Source: Anolis carolinensis
Lineage: Eukaryota
DNA length: 64,000 bases
Assembly (NCBI RefSeq): GCF_035594765.1
Contig: NW_026943826.1
Span: forward strand, 11,583,198-11,647,197
Direction of reading: 5' to 3'
Each line of letters begins with the position of its first letter. The stretch's first letter is position 1. The notes under the pieces are model-generated. The model did no database searches. It was not told the DNA's origin and saw nothing but the letters and a program-made list of their open reading frames with translations. Shown piece by piece: positions 1-13,570 of the stretch. Made by a program: the position numbers and the translations under genes.

Positions 1-545
1 TAATAATAATAATAATGAATGTGAGCAATGAGATCACAATAACACTTTTGAAATTATTATTATCATTAAATAATAATAATAATAAGGAATGTGAGCAATG
101 AGATCACAATAACACTTTTGAAATTATTATTATCATTATTAAATAATAATAATTATATTAAGGAATGTGAGCAATGAGTTTGCTGTAACACTTTTGTAAT
201 TATTATTATTATTATCATTATTAAATAATATGAAATGTGAGCAATGAGATCGAAATAACACTTTTGTAATAGTAATAATAATAATAATAATAATGAAATA
301 ATAACAATAAGGAATGTGAGCAATGAGATCGCAATAACACTTTTGTAATTAGTATTATTATTATTGTTATTATTTAATAATAATAATAATAATAAGGAAT
401 GTGAGCAATGACATCGCAATGAGACCACAAAAATACTTTTGTAATTATTATTATCATTATTAAATAATAATAATATGAAATGTGAGCAATGAGATTGAAA
501 TAACACTTTTGTAATAATAATAATAATAATAATAATTTTTTATTA
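1..545. repeat. ~55-85 bp tandem repeat with TAA microsatellite
   Basis: gaatgtgagcaatgagatcacaataacacttttg repeated about 7 times. Confidence 0.8.
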
Positions 546-947
546 TTATGAATGTGGCATCATCAGCAAAGCCTCTTGAACCATGAAAGCCCTTCATGAC
601 GTGGAGTGCTTGCAAAAAGGGGGGACTGTGGGACTCCCCGCTGCATGATTTTGGGGTTAGATGCAAAATAAGGTCTATTTTATATTATTAAAAAGGGACA
701 GCGTGTGGGACTCCCCGCTACATGATTTTGGGGTCAGATGCAAAATAAGATTTATTTTATAATAATATTTAAAAAGGGGTGGCCTGTGGGACTCCCTGCT
801 GTGTGATTTTGGGGGTCAGGGCCCCGCTTTGCATCACCGGCGGCCGGAAATGCATGGCCAGGGCTCCAAAACACATCTCAGTGATGCACTGAGCATATAA
901 ACATGGATCCGTGGCCTGATTTCCCTTTCTGTGACGTTCCGACTGGG

Positions 948-3573
948 CTAGAGTTCGTCTTTCCCCAACGCGGTGGGGCTCTTCCCGGGGTCTTCGGGGC
1001 CCGGGGTCCGCTCTGGGGGCAGCTCCGTCTCCGCCGTGTGGAACAGCATCCGCACCAAGTCGTCCGCCTGGACCCTCTCCTGCAGCGGGTTCAAAAGGCG
1101 GAGAGGCATTTCAGGTTATGTATTTCCTCCACCACAGACACCCCAGTGTTATAGCAAGTGCTGTGAATATGTCCAAGAGCCCTGCCAACGTCCTCCACAA
1201 ACACTATCCTACCCACCACCCAAGTGAAGGCAAATTTCATTCTAGATTTTCTGTTTTTCTTCCACCACGGACACCCCAGTGTTACAGTGAGAGCCGTGAA
1301 CATGTCCAAGAGCCCTGCCAACATCCTCCACAAATACCACCCTGCTCACCACCCAAACTTTCATACAGGGACAATTTCCTCCTAGATTTTCCATTTTTCC
1401 TCCACCACAGACACCCGAGTGTTATAGCAAGTGCTGTGAATATGTCCAAGAGCCCTGCCAACGTCCTCCACAAACACTATCCTACCCACCACCCAAGTGA
1501 AGGCAAATTTCATTCTAGATTTTCTGTTTTTCTTCCACCGCGGACACCCCAGTGTTACAGTGAGAGCCGTGAACATGTCCAAGAGCCCTGCCAACATCCT
1601 CCACAAATACCACCCTGCCCACCACCCAAACTTTCATACAGGGACAATTTCCTCCTAGATTTTCCATTTTTCCTCCACCACAGACACCCCAGTGTTTCTG
1701 ACTCTCTCCATTGGTGTGGATAATTTCCTCCTAGATTTTCCATTTTTCCTCCATCACTGACACCCCAGTGTTTCCGACTCTCTCCATTTGAGCGGACAAT
1801 TTCCTCTTAGATTTTTTTGTTTTTTCCTCCACCACAGACACCCCAGTGTTTCTGACTCTCTCCATTGGTGTGGACAATTTCCTCCTAGATTTTCCATTTT
1901 TCCTCCACCACAGACACTCCAGTGTTTTTGACTCTCTCCATTGGTGTGGACAATTTCCTCTTAGATTTTTTGTTTTTTCCTCCACCACAGACACCCCAGT
2001 GTTTCTGACTCTCCTCATTGGTGCGGACAATTTCCTCCTAGATTTTCCATTTTTCCTCCACCACAGACACTCCAGTGTTTCCGACTCTCTCCATTGGTGC
2101 GGACAGTTTCCTCCCAGATTTTTTTTGTTTTTGCTTCACCACAGACACCCCAGTGTTATAGCAAGTGCAGCAAACATGTCCAAGAGCCCATGCCAACGTC
2201 CTCCACAAACACCACCCTAACTTTCATACGGGGACAATTCCCTCCTAGATTGTTTGTTTTTTCCTCCACCACAGACACCCTAGCGCTTCTGACTCTCTCC
2301 ATTGGTGTGGACAATTTCCTCCTAGATTTTCCATTTTTCCTCCACCACAGACACCCCAGTGCTTCCGACTCTCCATTGGTGCGGACAATTTCCTCCTAGA
2401 TTTTTTTGGTTTTCCTTCATCACAGACACCCCAGTGTTATAGCAAGTGCAGCAAACATGTCCAAGAGCCCATGCCAACATCCTCCACAAACACCACCCTA
2501 ACTTTCATACGGGGACAATTTCCTCCTAGATTTTTTTGTTTTTCCTCCACCACAGACCCCCCAGTGTTTCTGACTCTCCTATGTGTGGACAATTCCCTCC
2601 TAGATTGTTTGTTTTTTCCTCCACCACAGACACCCTAGCGCTTCTGACTCTCTCCATTGGTGTGGACAATTTCCTCCTAGATTTTCCATTTTTCCTCCAC
2701 CACAGACACCCAAGTGTTTCTGCCTCTCCAGAAATTTGCATGACCCCGCCCCCTGCCTCTCCCTTAACCCTTTCCTATTTTTTTCTATTGCACACAGCAA
2801 ACAGAGGAATTGATCAGCAAATAAACACACTAGAGAGGTTTGGGAAGAATTCACTATTATCTATGCAATCTAAGAGCACTCTGGGCTCCACCAAAGATGG
2901 AATTGGATGGGACTTGGCACGTTGATTGCTGGCCATTGGAAAGTAGCAAATACCTTGGTTTGCTTTACGACGTAATAAATATAATTTTTCTCCGGACCGA
3001 AAGGGCAAAACGCTTTCCCAATAGCGCCCAGAAGACAATAGCCAACTTGTCCAGGTAAGGCAGGAACAAAGCGCCCACTGTGGAGACGTAGTACTTAAAG
3101 GGGCGACGGAGGCTGCGATTTGGCCCACAAAGGCGCATTGTTGGTTGTCACGCTTACCCGCTCGCTGTGGCGGGGGTCCAGGGTGAACCACAGCGCAATG
3201 GCGCAGCGCTGGCCCTTGGTGACCGCTCGCACGCCGTGCGGGTTCTCGGCCCCCGAGGAAAAGCCCACCGCGCGGCCACACTGCGGCTGGACCTCGGCCT
3301 GGGGGGAAAACGCAAGAGAAAAGAACAACAAAGTCAAGGAAGCTCAAGCCAAGAGTGTGATGCGGCGGCGAAAAAGGCCAATGCCATTCTAGGCGGCGTC
3401 AGGAGGAATGTCGTGCCTATATTATATTACATAGTCCATTAAAAGGCATCTAGGAGTCTTCGTAGACCATGAATAGGGTATAAATAATAATGATATAATA
3501 ATATAATATAATATGCAACCACTAATAATACTACTAATAATAGTAGTAATACTAATAATAATAATATTAATAA

Positions 3574-3621
<48 letters not shown>

Positions 3622-4132
3622 TGGCATGAGCCAAGAGTGTGATGCGGCGGCGAAAAAGGCCAATGCCATTCTAGGCGGCGTCAGGAGGAATGTCGTGCCT
3701 ATATTATATTACATAGTCCATTAAAAGGCATCTAGGAGTCTTCGTGGACCATGAACAGGGTATAAATAATATTATTATAAAATANNNNNNNNNNNNNNNN
3801 NNNNNNNNNNNNNNNNNNNNNNNNNNNNNNNNNNNNNNNNNNNNNNNNNNNNNNNNNNNNNNNNNNNNNNNNNNNNNNNNNNNNNNNNNNNNNNNNNNNN
3901 NNNNNNNNNNNNGTGTGATGCTGCAGCGAAAAAGGCCAATGCCATTCTAGGCTGCGTCAGGAGGAATGTCGTGCCTATATTATATTACATAGTCCATTGA
4001 AAGGGTTCTAGGAGTCTTCGTAGACCATGAATAGAGTATAAATAATAATGATATAATATAATATAATATAATATAATATAATATAATATAATATGCAACC
4101 ACTAATAATACTACTACTAATAATAGTAATAC

Positions 4133-4178
<46 letters not shown>

Positions 4179-5659
4179 TGGCATGAGCCAAGAGTGTGAT
4201 GCTGCAGGAAAAAAGGCCAATGCCATTCTAGGCTGCATCAAGAGGAATATCGTGCCTATTTTACATTATATAGCCCATTGAAAGGGATCTAGGAGTTTCA
4301 TAGACCATGAATAGGGTATAAATAATAATAATAATAATAAATAATAATCAGCTACAAGTGTGATGCAACAGCTGAAAAGGCCAATGCCATTCTAGGCTGC
4401 GTCAACAGGAATATCGTGCCTATATTATATTACATAGTCCATTGAAAGGCATCTAGGAGTCTTTGTGGACCATGAACAGGGTATAAATAATAATGATATA
4501 ATATAATATGCAACCACTAATAATACTACTACTAATAATAGTAATACTAATAATAATAATAATAATTGGCATGAGCCAAGTGTGTGATGCTGCAGCGAAA
4601 AAGGCCAATGCCATTCTAGGCTGCGTCAACAGGAATATCGTGCCTATATTATATTACATAGTCCATTGAAAGGCATCTAGGAGTCTTTGTGGACCANNNN
4701 NNNNNNNNNNNNNNNNNNNNNNNNNNNNNNNNNNNNNNNNNNNNNNNNNNNNNNNNNNNNNNNNNNNNNNNNNNNNNNNNNNNNNNNNNNNNNNNNNNNN
4801 NNNNNNNNNNNNNNNNNNNNNNNNNNNNNNNNNNNNNNNNNNNNNNNNNNNNTGATGCTGCAGCGAAAAAGGCCAGTGCCATTCTAGGCTGCGTCAACAG
4901 GGATATCGTGCCTATATTATATTACATAGTCCATTGAAAGGCATCTAGGAGTCTTTGTGGACCATGAACAGGGTATAAATAATATAATATAATATAATAT
5001 AATATAATATAATATAATATAATATAATATAATATGCAACCACTAATACTACTACTAATAATAATAGTAATACTACTACTACTACTAATAATAATTGGCA
5101 TGAGCCAAGAGTGTGATGCTGCAGGAAAAAAGGCCAATGCCATTCTAGGCTGTATTAAGAGGAGTCCAGTGTCGAGATCGAGTGAAATCATAATCCCACT
5201 CTGTTCTGCTTTGAGATAAACAGAAACGACCCAAACTCACCGTGACTGTTTCGGCATCCAGTTCAGTGAAGTAAAACGCGCCGCCTTCAAAGTCGCCATT
5301 CAAATAGAGGATGGCACTGCCAAAAAACAGACACGAGCCATGAGCGTGAAGCAGCAGCAAAAAAGGCCAATGTGATTCCAGGCTGCATCCATAGGAATAA
5401 GTATCAAGTATCCTTGAGTGGAGGAACCTGTTTCGCCCATGTGGGTTCATTTGAGGTTTATCTCGGGCGGAAACCCATTACCTAGCCGCCCAATAAGGAA
5501 TTCTTCTTACCTGTAATCCCGAAAAGTGTAGGCCGGGGGCTCCTTGACGCACACCAAGGCCTCCGCGTTTAGGATGCAGTTGTCCACGTGGACCGGGTGG
5601 CTGGGATCCAACCGATCCTCCTGTTTATCTAGAGGAGGAATGCAGAGACTTCATCCCAG

Positions 5660-5693
<34 letters not shown>

Positions 5694-5816
5694 TGTTGTT
5701 GAAGGCTTGCTGTGAGTTTCCCAACAAAGGATTCCCCCAGGCAGGCTTTGAAGCTGCAAGGCCATTGAATGCTAACCAAGCTGGCCAATGGCAACATTCA
5801 CACTTGCGTCAAGCAG

Positions 5817-5862
<46 letters not shown>

Positions 5863-6183
5863 GGTAGAGTCTCACTTATCCAACATAAACGGGCCGGCAG
5901 AACGTTGGATAAGCGAATATGTTGGATAATAAGGAGGGATTAAGGAGAAGCCTATTAAAAACCAAATTAAGTTATGATTTTACAAATTAAGCACCAAAAC
6001 ATCATGTTATACAACAAATTTGACAGAAAAACTAGTTCAATACGCAGTAATGCTATGTAGTAATTACTGTATTTACGAATTTAGCACCAAAATATCATGA
6101 TATATTGAAAACACTGACTACAAAAATGTGTTGGATAATCCAGAACGTTGGATAAGCGAGTGTTGGATAAGTGAGACTCTACT

Positions 6184-6229
<46 letters not shown>

Positions 6230-6582
6230 GCCACTAGTGTGATGCAGCAGCAAAAAAGGACAATACAATTTTAGGCTGCATCCATAGAAATCCATAATTA
6301 TTTTATTATATACATATATATATAAACATATAAACATACATATATATATATATATACAGTAGGCTCACTTATCCAAGCTAAACGGACAGGCAGAAGCTCG
6401 GATAAGCGAATATCTTGGATAATAAGGCGGGATTAAGGAAAAGCCTATTAAACATCAAATTAGGTTATGATTTTACACATTAAGCACCAAAACATCATGT
6501 TTTACAACAAATTTGACAGAAAAAGTAGTTCCATGTGCAGTAATGCTATGTAGTAATTACTGTATTTACGTATTGGAGACTC

Positions 6583-6638
<56 letters not shown>

Positions 6639-9600
6639 GTATATGTATATGTATATATATATATTATAGTATAATTATATTATATAGTCCATTGAAAGGG
6701 ATCTAGGAGTCTTAGTGGACCATGAACGTGGTACTAACAATAATAATATTACAATATAATATAACATATTGCTACTAATACTACTATGAATAATAATAAC
6801 AATATAATGATGATAATAATAATGATGATGATGATGACGATAATAATAAATAAGCCAGCTAAAAAGGAGAATGCGATTCTAGGCTGCATCCATATAGTGT
6901 CTAAGGAAATAATTATATTATAAAGTCCACTGAAAGGGATCTAGGAGTCTTAGTGGACCATGAACGTGGTACTAACAATAATAATATTACAATATAATAT
7001 AACATATTGCTACTAATACTACTATGAATAATAACAACAATATAATGATGATAATAATAATGATGATGATGATGACGATAATAATAAATAAGCCAGCTAA
7101 CAAGGAGAATGCGATTCTAGGCTGCATCCATATAGTGTCTAAGGAAATAATTATATTATAAAGTCCACTGAAAGGGATCTAGGAGTCTTAGTGAACCATG
7201 AGCAGAGTATTATTAATAATAATATTATAATAGAACTAGCTGTGCCCAGCCACGCGTTGCTGTGGCAAAGTGGTGGTGGTATTGGTTAAAAATTGTGTAA
7301 TTTTTATTTGATGTTATTTGTATTTTTTAATTAATTTTATTGTAAGTTATATTTTTATTTATTATATGTTATTATTTTCTTGTATTATTTTTAGTTATTT
7401 TCTGTTATTATAGTATTTTATTGTATTAATTTTTTAGTGTTTTTAATTATTTTTAGTGTTTTTTATTATTTTTTATTGGGTTGCTAGGAGACCAAGTTGG
7501 AGGAGCTTAGCCTTCTAACTGGCAGCAATTGGATAAAAGCAATTATTCCTCTCCCTCTAATTAGGACTTTATTTTTCTTTTCTTTTTGTTGTATCAACCT
7601 AGAGGCGTGGATGAGGGGTTGTGTTGTCAAATTTCGAGGTTGGGGGGGCTGTAGTTTTGTTGTTTTGTGGGTCGCCGTGATGCCATCACTCTTTTATATA
7701 TATAGATACATTACTTCGAATACTACTATTAATAACAATAATATAATGTTGATAATAATAATGATGATAATGATATGATAATAATAAATAAGAGGATGGG
7801 GAAGCCTTGCCTTCGATGGCGGTGCGGCAGACGAGGTGGGAGTAGGAGAAGTACAGAGGGACGTCCAGCCGGAAGTAGGACTCCACCAGGCGCCGGACCT
7901 TCTCCGTGGTGTTGTAGTAGAGGTAGGCGCTGCCCATGGGCACCGTGCCCTCCTGCCCCAGCTGCGGAGGCAAGGAGCCCATAGAGGAGACTTTCCCGGA
8001 TCCATCCTTACCCCACTCGTCCCCATCTCTCCCTGCGCTTCTTACCTTCAGCGCTTTGTAGACGGTGACGCCGTAAAAGGTCTCGCTGGGAGTGTGCGGT
8101 GACGTCTTGCCGCGGTAGCCATCGCCAGCCGAAGAGGCTGCCTAAGAGAGAGAACGGGGTATCACTTTCCACCAGTGGTAAGCCCTAGGTGCAGTTCAAA
8201 GACACAAGTCGGGGTGAGCTCCCGCCTGTCAGCCCTAGCTTCTGCCAAGCTAGCGGTTCGAAAGCATGCAACGTGAGTCGATCAATAGGTACCGCATCGA
8301 CAGGAAGGTTAAAAGGGCAGCCCGTGCAGATATGCAAAACATGCTGGCAACAGATCAGAGATAATACTATGTCTTTGTGTCAATAGTAATCATAATAATA
8401 ATTTATTACTATTATCATTATATTTTAAATTTATTTATTATAATATTATTATTATTGACAAAAAGAACTAGTATTATTTTATTATTTTATTATAGTATTT
8501 TATTTATTATCATTTTATTATTACTGACACATAGTATTATTTTATTATTATTATTTTATTCTTTTATTTTATTTATTATATTATGATTATTTTATTATTA
8601 TACACAAAGAAAGAGTATTTTATTATTATTATTATTGACACAAAGGAAGAGTATTATCTTATTATTATTATTATTATTTTATTATCATTATTATTTTATT
8701 TATGTATCCTGCCTCCATCTCCCCGAAGGGACTCGGCACGGCTTACACAAGGGGACAAGCCCAACAACAACATAAGTTCAAAAGACAGATATCTATGGAT
8801 TATTATTATTTTATTATTATTTTATTTGTGTATCCTGCCTCCATCTCCCCGAAGGGACTCGGGGCGGCTTACACAAGGGGACAAGCCCAACAACAACATA
8901 AGTTCAAAAGACAGATATCTATGGATTATTATTATTTTATTATTATTTTATTTGTGTATCCTGCCTCCATCTCCCCGAAGGGACTCGGGGCGGCTTACAC
9001 AAGGGGACAATCCCAACAACAACATAAGTTCAAAAGACAGATATCTATGGATTATTATTATTATTATTATTATTTTATTTGTGTATCCTGCCTCCATCTC
9101 CCCGAAGGGACTTGGGGCGGCTTACACAAGGGGACAAGCCCAACAACAACATAAGTTCANNNNNNNNNNNNNNNNNNNNNNNNNNNNNNNNNNNNNNNNN
9201 NNNNNNNNNNNNNNNNNNNNNNNNNNNNNNNNNNNNNNNNNNNNNNNNNNNNNNNNNNNNNNNNNNNNNNNNNNNNNNNNNNNNNNNNNNNNNNNNNNNN
9301 NNNNNNNNNNNNNNNNNNNCATCTCCCCGAAGGGACTTGGGGCGGCTTACACAAGGGGACAAGCCCAACAACAACATAAGTTCANNNNNNNNNNNNNNNN
9401 NNNNNNNNNNNNNNNNNNNNNNNNNNNNNNNNNNNNNNNNNNNNNNNNNNNNNNNNNNNNNNNNNNNNNNNNNNNNNNNNNNNNNNNNNNNNNNNNNNNN
9501 NNNNNNNNNNNNNNNNNNNNNNNNNNNNNNNNNNNNNNNNNNNCATCTCCCCGAAGGGACTCGGGGCGGCTTACACAAGGGGACAAGCCCAACAACAACA

Positions 9601-11191
9601 TAAGTTCANNNNNNNNNNNNNNNNNNNNNNNNNNNNNNNNNNNNNNNNNNNNNNNNNNNNNNNNNNNNNNNNNNNNNNNNNNNNNNNNNNNNNNNNNNNN
9701 NNNNNNNNNNNNNNNNNNNNNNNNNNNNNNNNNNNNNNNNNNNNNNNNNNNNNNNNNNNNNNNNNNNNNNNNNNNNNNNNNNCATCTCCCCGAAGGGACT
9801 TGGGGCGGCTTACTCATGGGGACAAGTCCACCAACAACATAAGTTCAAAGCACAGATCTCTATGGATAACAAGATTGCAATAATAATAATAATAATCTCC
9901 CCGGAGGGACTCGGAGCGGCTTACATGGGGCCATGCCCGACATAAAAATACAGTAATAACGATAAAACAATAAAAACAATTTTTCACATCGATAAGACAT
10001 CAACATCAGTAAAACAGTCATAAAAATCAATATACTGCATAAAATATTAAAAACGGGAGGCTAAAACAGATCTGGGCCAAAGTGCAGAAAGACATCACAT
10101 GGGAAAGGTAGTTTCATGGCTAAAATAATCAATAAAGTGCAAGTAATTATGGCCAGGCATCCTATTGTTGAGTGGGCAGATGGATCAACCTACAAAGATT
10201 AATCCTCGAAGGCCTTTTAGGATCAATAGGAGAGCCACGCCAGTAATGCAAGGACTGGCGGGACGGGACTCACGTTGGTCAGCCTTTGCAGTGCCCGGCA
10301 CTCTTCCTCGGAGAGGACGCCGTCCACCACCACGCGCTGGGAGCCGTTGAGCATCTTGGAGGTCATGGCGACGTGGAGGCCGTCGTAGAGCAGAGGTCCT
10401 CCTGCGGCGGGGAAGAAACGCCAAGTTGTGGTGTGCGATACCCGAGGCGGACCTCGCGAGACCTCAAGGGGTGGGCTCCTCACCTTCCCGCACCATCCTG
10501 TTCATGTCCGAGGACTCCTTGGTCTTCTCTTCCACCAGCGTCTCGATCTCCTTCATGAGGTTGCCGATCTCCTCCGAGATGCGGGCCGCCGTCTCGCGCT
10601 CCACCCTGGAGAAGAGGCGTCGGCAACAACCACCAACGGAGACCAAAACGAAAGGAAAACAGAGCCGGGTTCGCACCTCCGCATCCCAGAGCAGAGCTGG
10701 AAAGGCATCCCTTTGAATGATGCCTTTCCATGATGCTTAGAGCAGAGTGCAAAAAAAGCAGCATGCAAGTTAGTGAAGAATGTGAAGCTTGGCGAAACGC
10801 CTGTGACAAATGGATTAGGCTGATATTTGAGAGGTTTGGGATGTTTCTAATAATGTTGCGGGAGGTTCATTTATTACAATCCTAGAGCTGGAAGGGACTC
10901 CAAGGGCCATCCAGTCCAACCCTTTAAGATAGATAGATAAGAGAATAACTATTATACTATTAACCATTAATAATAATAATAATAATAATAATGATAATAG
11001 AGTTGGAAGAGACCCCAAGAGCTATGCAGTCCAACCCTTTAAGATAGATAGATAAGAGAATAACTATTATACTATTAACCATTAATAATAATAATAATAA
11101 TAATGATAATAGAGTTGGAAGAGACCCCAAGAGCTATGCAGTCCAACCCTTTAAGATAGATAGATAACAGAATAACTATTATACTATTACC

Positions 11192-11233
<42 letters not shown>

Positions 11234-12238
11234 TAATAGAGTTGGAAGAGACCCCAAGAGCTATGCAGTCCAACCCTTTAAGATAGATAGATAAGAGAAT
11301 AACTATTATACTATTACCCATTAATAATAATAATAATAATAATGATAATAGAGTTGGAAGAGACCCCAAGAGCTATCTAGTCCAACCCTTTAAGATAGAT
11401 AGATAATAGAATAACTATAATACTATTACCCATTAATAATAATAATAATAATAATAGAGTTGGAAGAGACCACAACGGCCATCCAGTCCAACCCTTTAAG
11501 ATAAATATAGATAAACTCTTATACTATTACCCATTCTTATAAATAATAATAATAATAATAATAATAATAGAAGAGTTGGAAGAGACCCCAAGGGCCATCC
11601 AGATATAGATAGAATAACTATTATATTGTTACCAATTGTCATAAATAATAATAATAATAATAATAATTTCATTGTACCTAGGGAGTTATAGCACTCAGAT
11701 GTTTAAAAAAGGAAATATTTCCAAGTACAGGTTGAACATCCCTTAATATCCAGGAAGCCAAGAAGAACGAAAGAAGCGCATACGCAAAGACAGTGGCCTC
11801 CAAAAGAAGTCTCACTTCTGTTTGTCCCTCAGCCGCTTCGGGATCACCTCCGCCGGGGTCCAGGTATCCTTCAAGGCAAGGTGGGAAAATACAAAATTAA
11901 AAGATAACCATCATAATAATATCATCATTGTAGTTCAATAAATAATAACAATAATAATAACATCATTGGAGCTCAATAATAATAATAACAATACNNNNNN
12001 NNNNNNNNNNNNNNNNNNNNNNNNNNNNNNNNNNNNNNNNNNNNNNNNNNNNNNNNNNNNNNNNNNNNNNNNNNNNNNNNNNNNNNNNNNNNNNNNNNNN
12101 NNNNNNNNNNNNNNNNNNNNNNNNNNNNNNNNNNNNNNNNNNNNNNNNNNNNNNNNNNNNNNNNNNNNNNNNNNNNNNNNNNNNNNNNNNNNNNNNNNNN
12201 NNNGCTCAATAATAACAATACTATCATCATTGGAGCTC

Positions 12239-12284
<46 letters not shown>

Positions 12285-12377
12285 TAATTGGAGCTCAATA
12301 ATAATAGTAATAATAATAATACTATCATCATTGGAGCTCAATAATAATAACAATACCATCATCATCGGAGCTTAATA

Positions 12378-12420
<43 letters not shown>

Positions 12421-13486
12421 GAGCTCAATAATAATAACAATTCTATCATCATTGGAGCTCAATAATAATAATAACTATACTATCNNNNNNNNNNNNNNNN
12501 NNNNNNNNNNNNNNNNNNNNNNNNNNNNNNNNNNNNNNNNNNNNNNNNNNNNNNNNNNNNNNNNNNNNNNNNNNNNNNNNNNNNNNNNNNNNNNNNNNNN
12601 NNNNNNNNNNNNNNCACAGTCCTAGACACTTGGGAAGTGTTGGGCTTGTGATTTTGTGATACGAAATCCAGCATATCTATCTTGTTTGCTGTGTCATAAT
12701 AAAATAATAACAATAATAATATCATCATTTGAGCTCTACTATTATGATGATGATTATTATTTCTACTACTACTCTGGGACTTCCGAATTCAGACTGACAG
12801 TTTTGGAGCACAATACTCCCGACCTCACAATTGTGTTAAAAGACGAGGTATGAGTCGTCGATGTTGCAATCCCAGGCGACAGCAGGATTGAAGAAAAGCA
12901 ACTGACGTGACACAAGGATTTAAAGATCGAGCTGCAAGGACTCTGGCACAAGCCAGTCAAGGTGGTGCCAGTGGTGATCGGCGCACTGGGCCGATCACCC
13001 TCAATCGGGTGGCCTTTTACTGATAAAATCACGCAAAAGGCCACCCGATTCAGATCTGCACGCATTATTAGCCCAATAATTCCCCTGTTTCTTGGCTCAC
13101 CGGGTCCACGAAGGGGATCCCGAAGGTGTCGTAGGCGAAAAACAGCAGCTCTTTTTCCAACAGGCTTCGCCTCCGGTAGACCTGGACATTCTGAAAAGGG
13201 AGGATGTTGTGTATTTATTGTCTGTGGTTTGCTCTTCTCCACGCTTCACACGCAGGACCGGCAACAGGAGGAGGCCATGCTCACCTCCCTGGGATGTATG
13301 TTTTTCGCCAGCTGCTCTCCAAGCACCGCGGTGTAATAGGCCAGGTTCTGGTTCATGACTTCATCGTTGGGGAAAAAGAGCAGGAACGTCTTGGCGCACT
13401 CAATGGCCTTCTCGTAGTCACCGCCTGCAAAGGGGAGACAGGCCCATTCATTTGTAAGTTGGATGTTTGTAACTCAGGGACTGCCT

Positions 13487-13518
<32 letters not shown>

Positions 13519-13530
13519 TCATATCAATTA

Positions 13531-13570
<40 letters not shown>

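Noticed and set aside
8583-9842. 419-aa ORF
   Set aside because: Tandem repeat plus N gaps inside a P3H1 intron.
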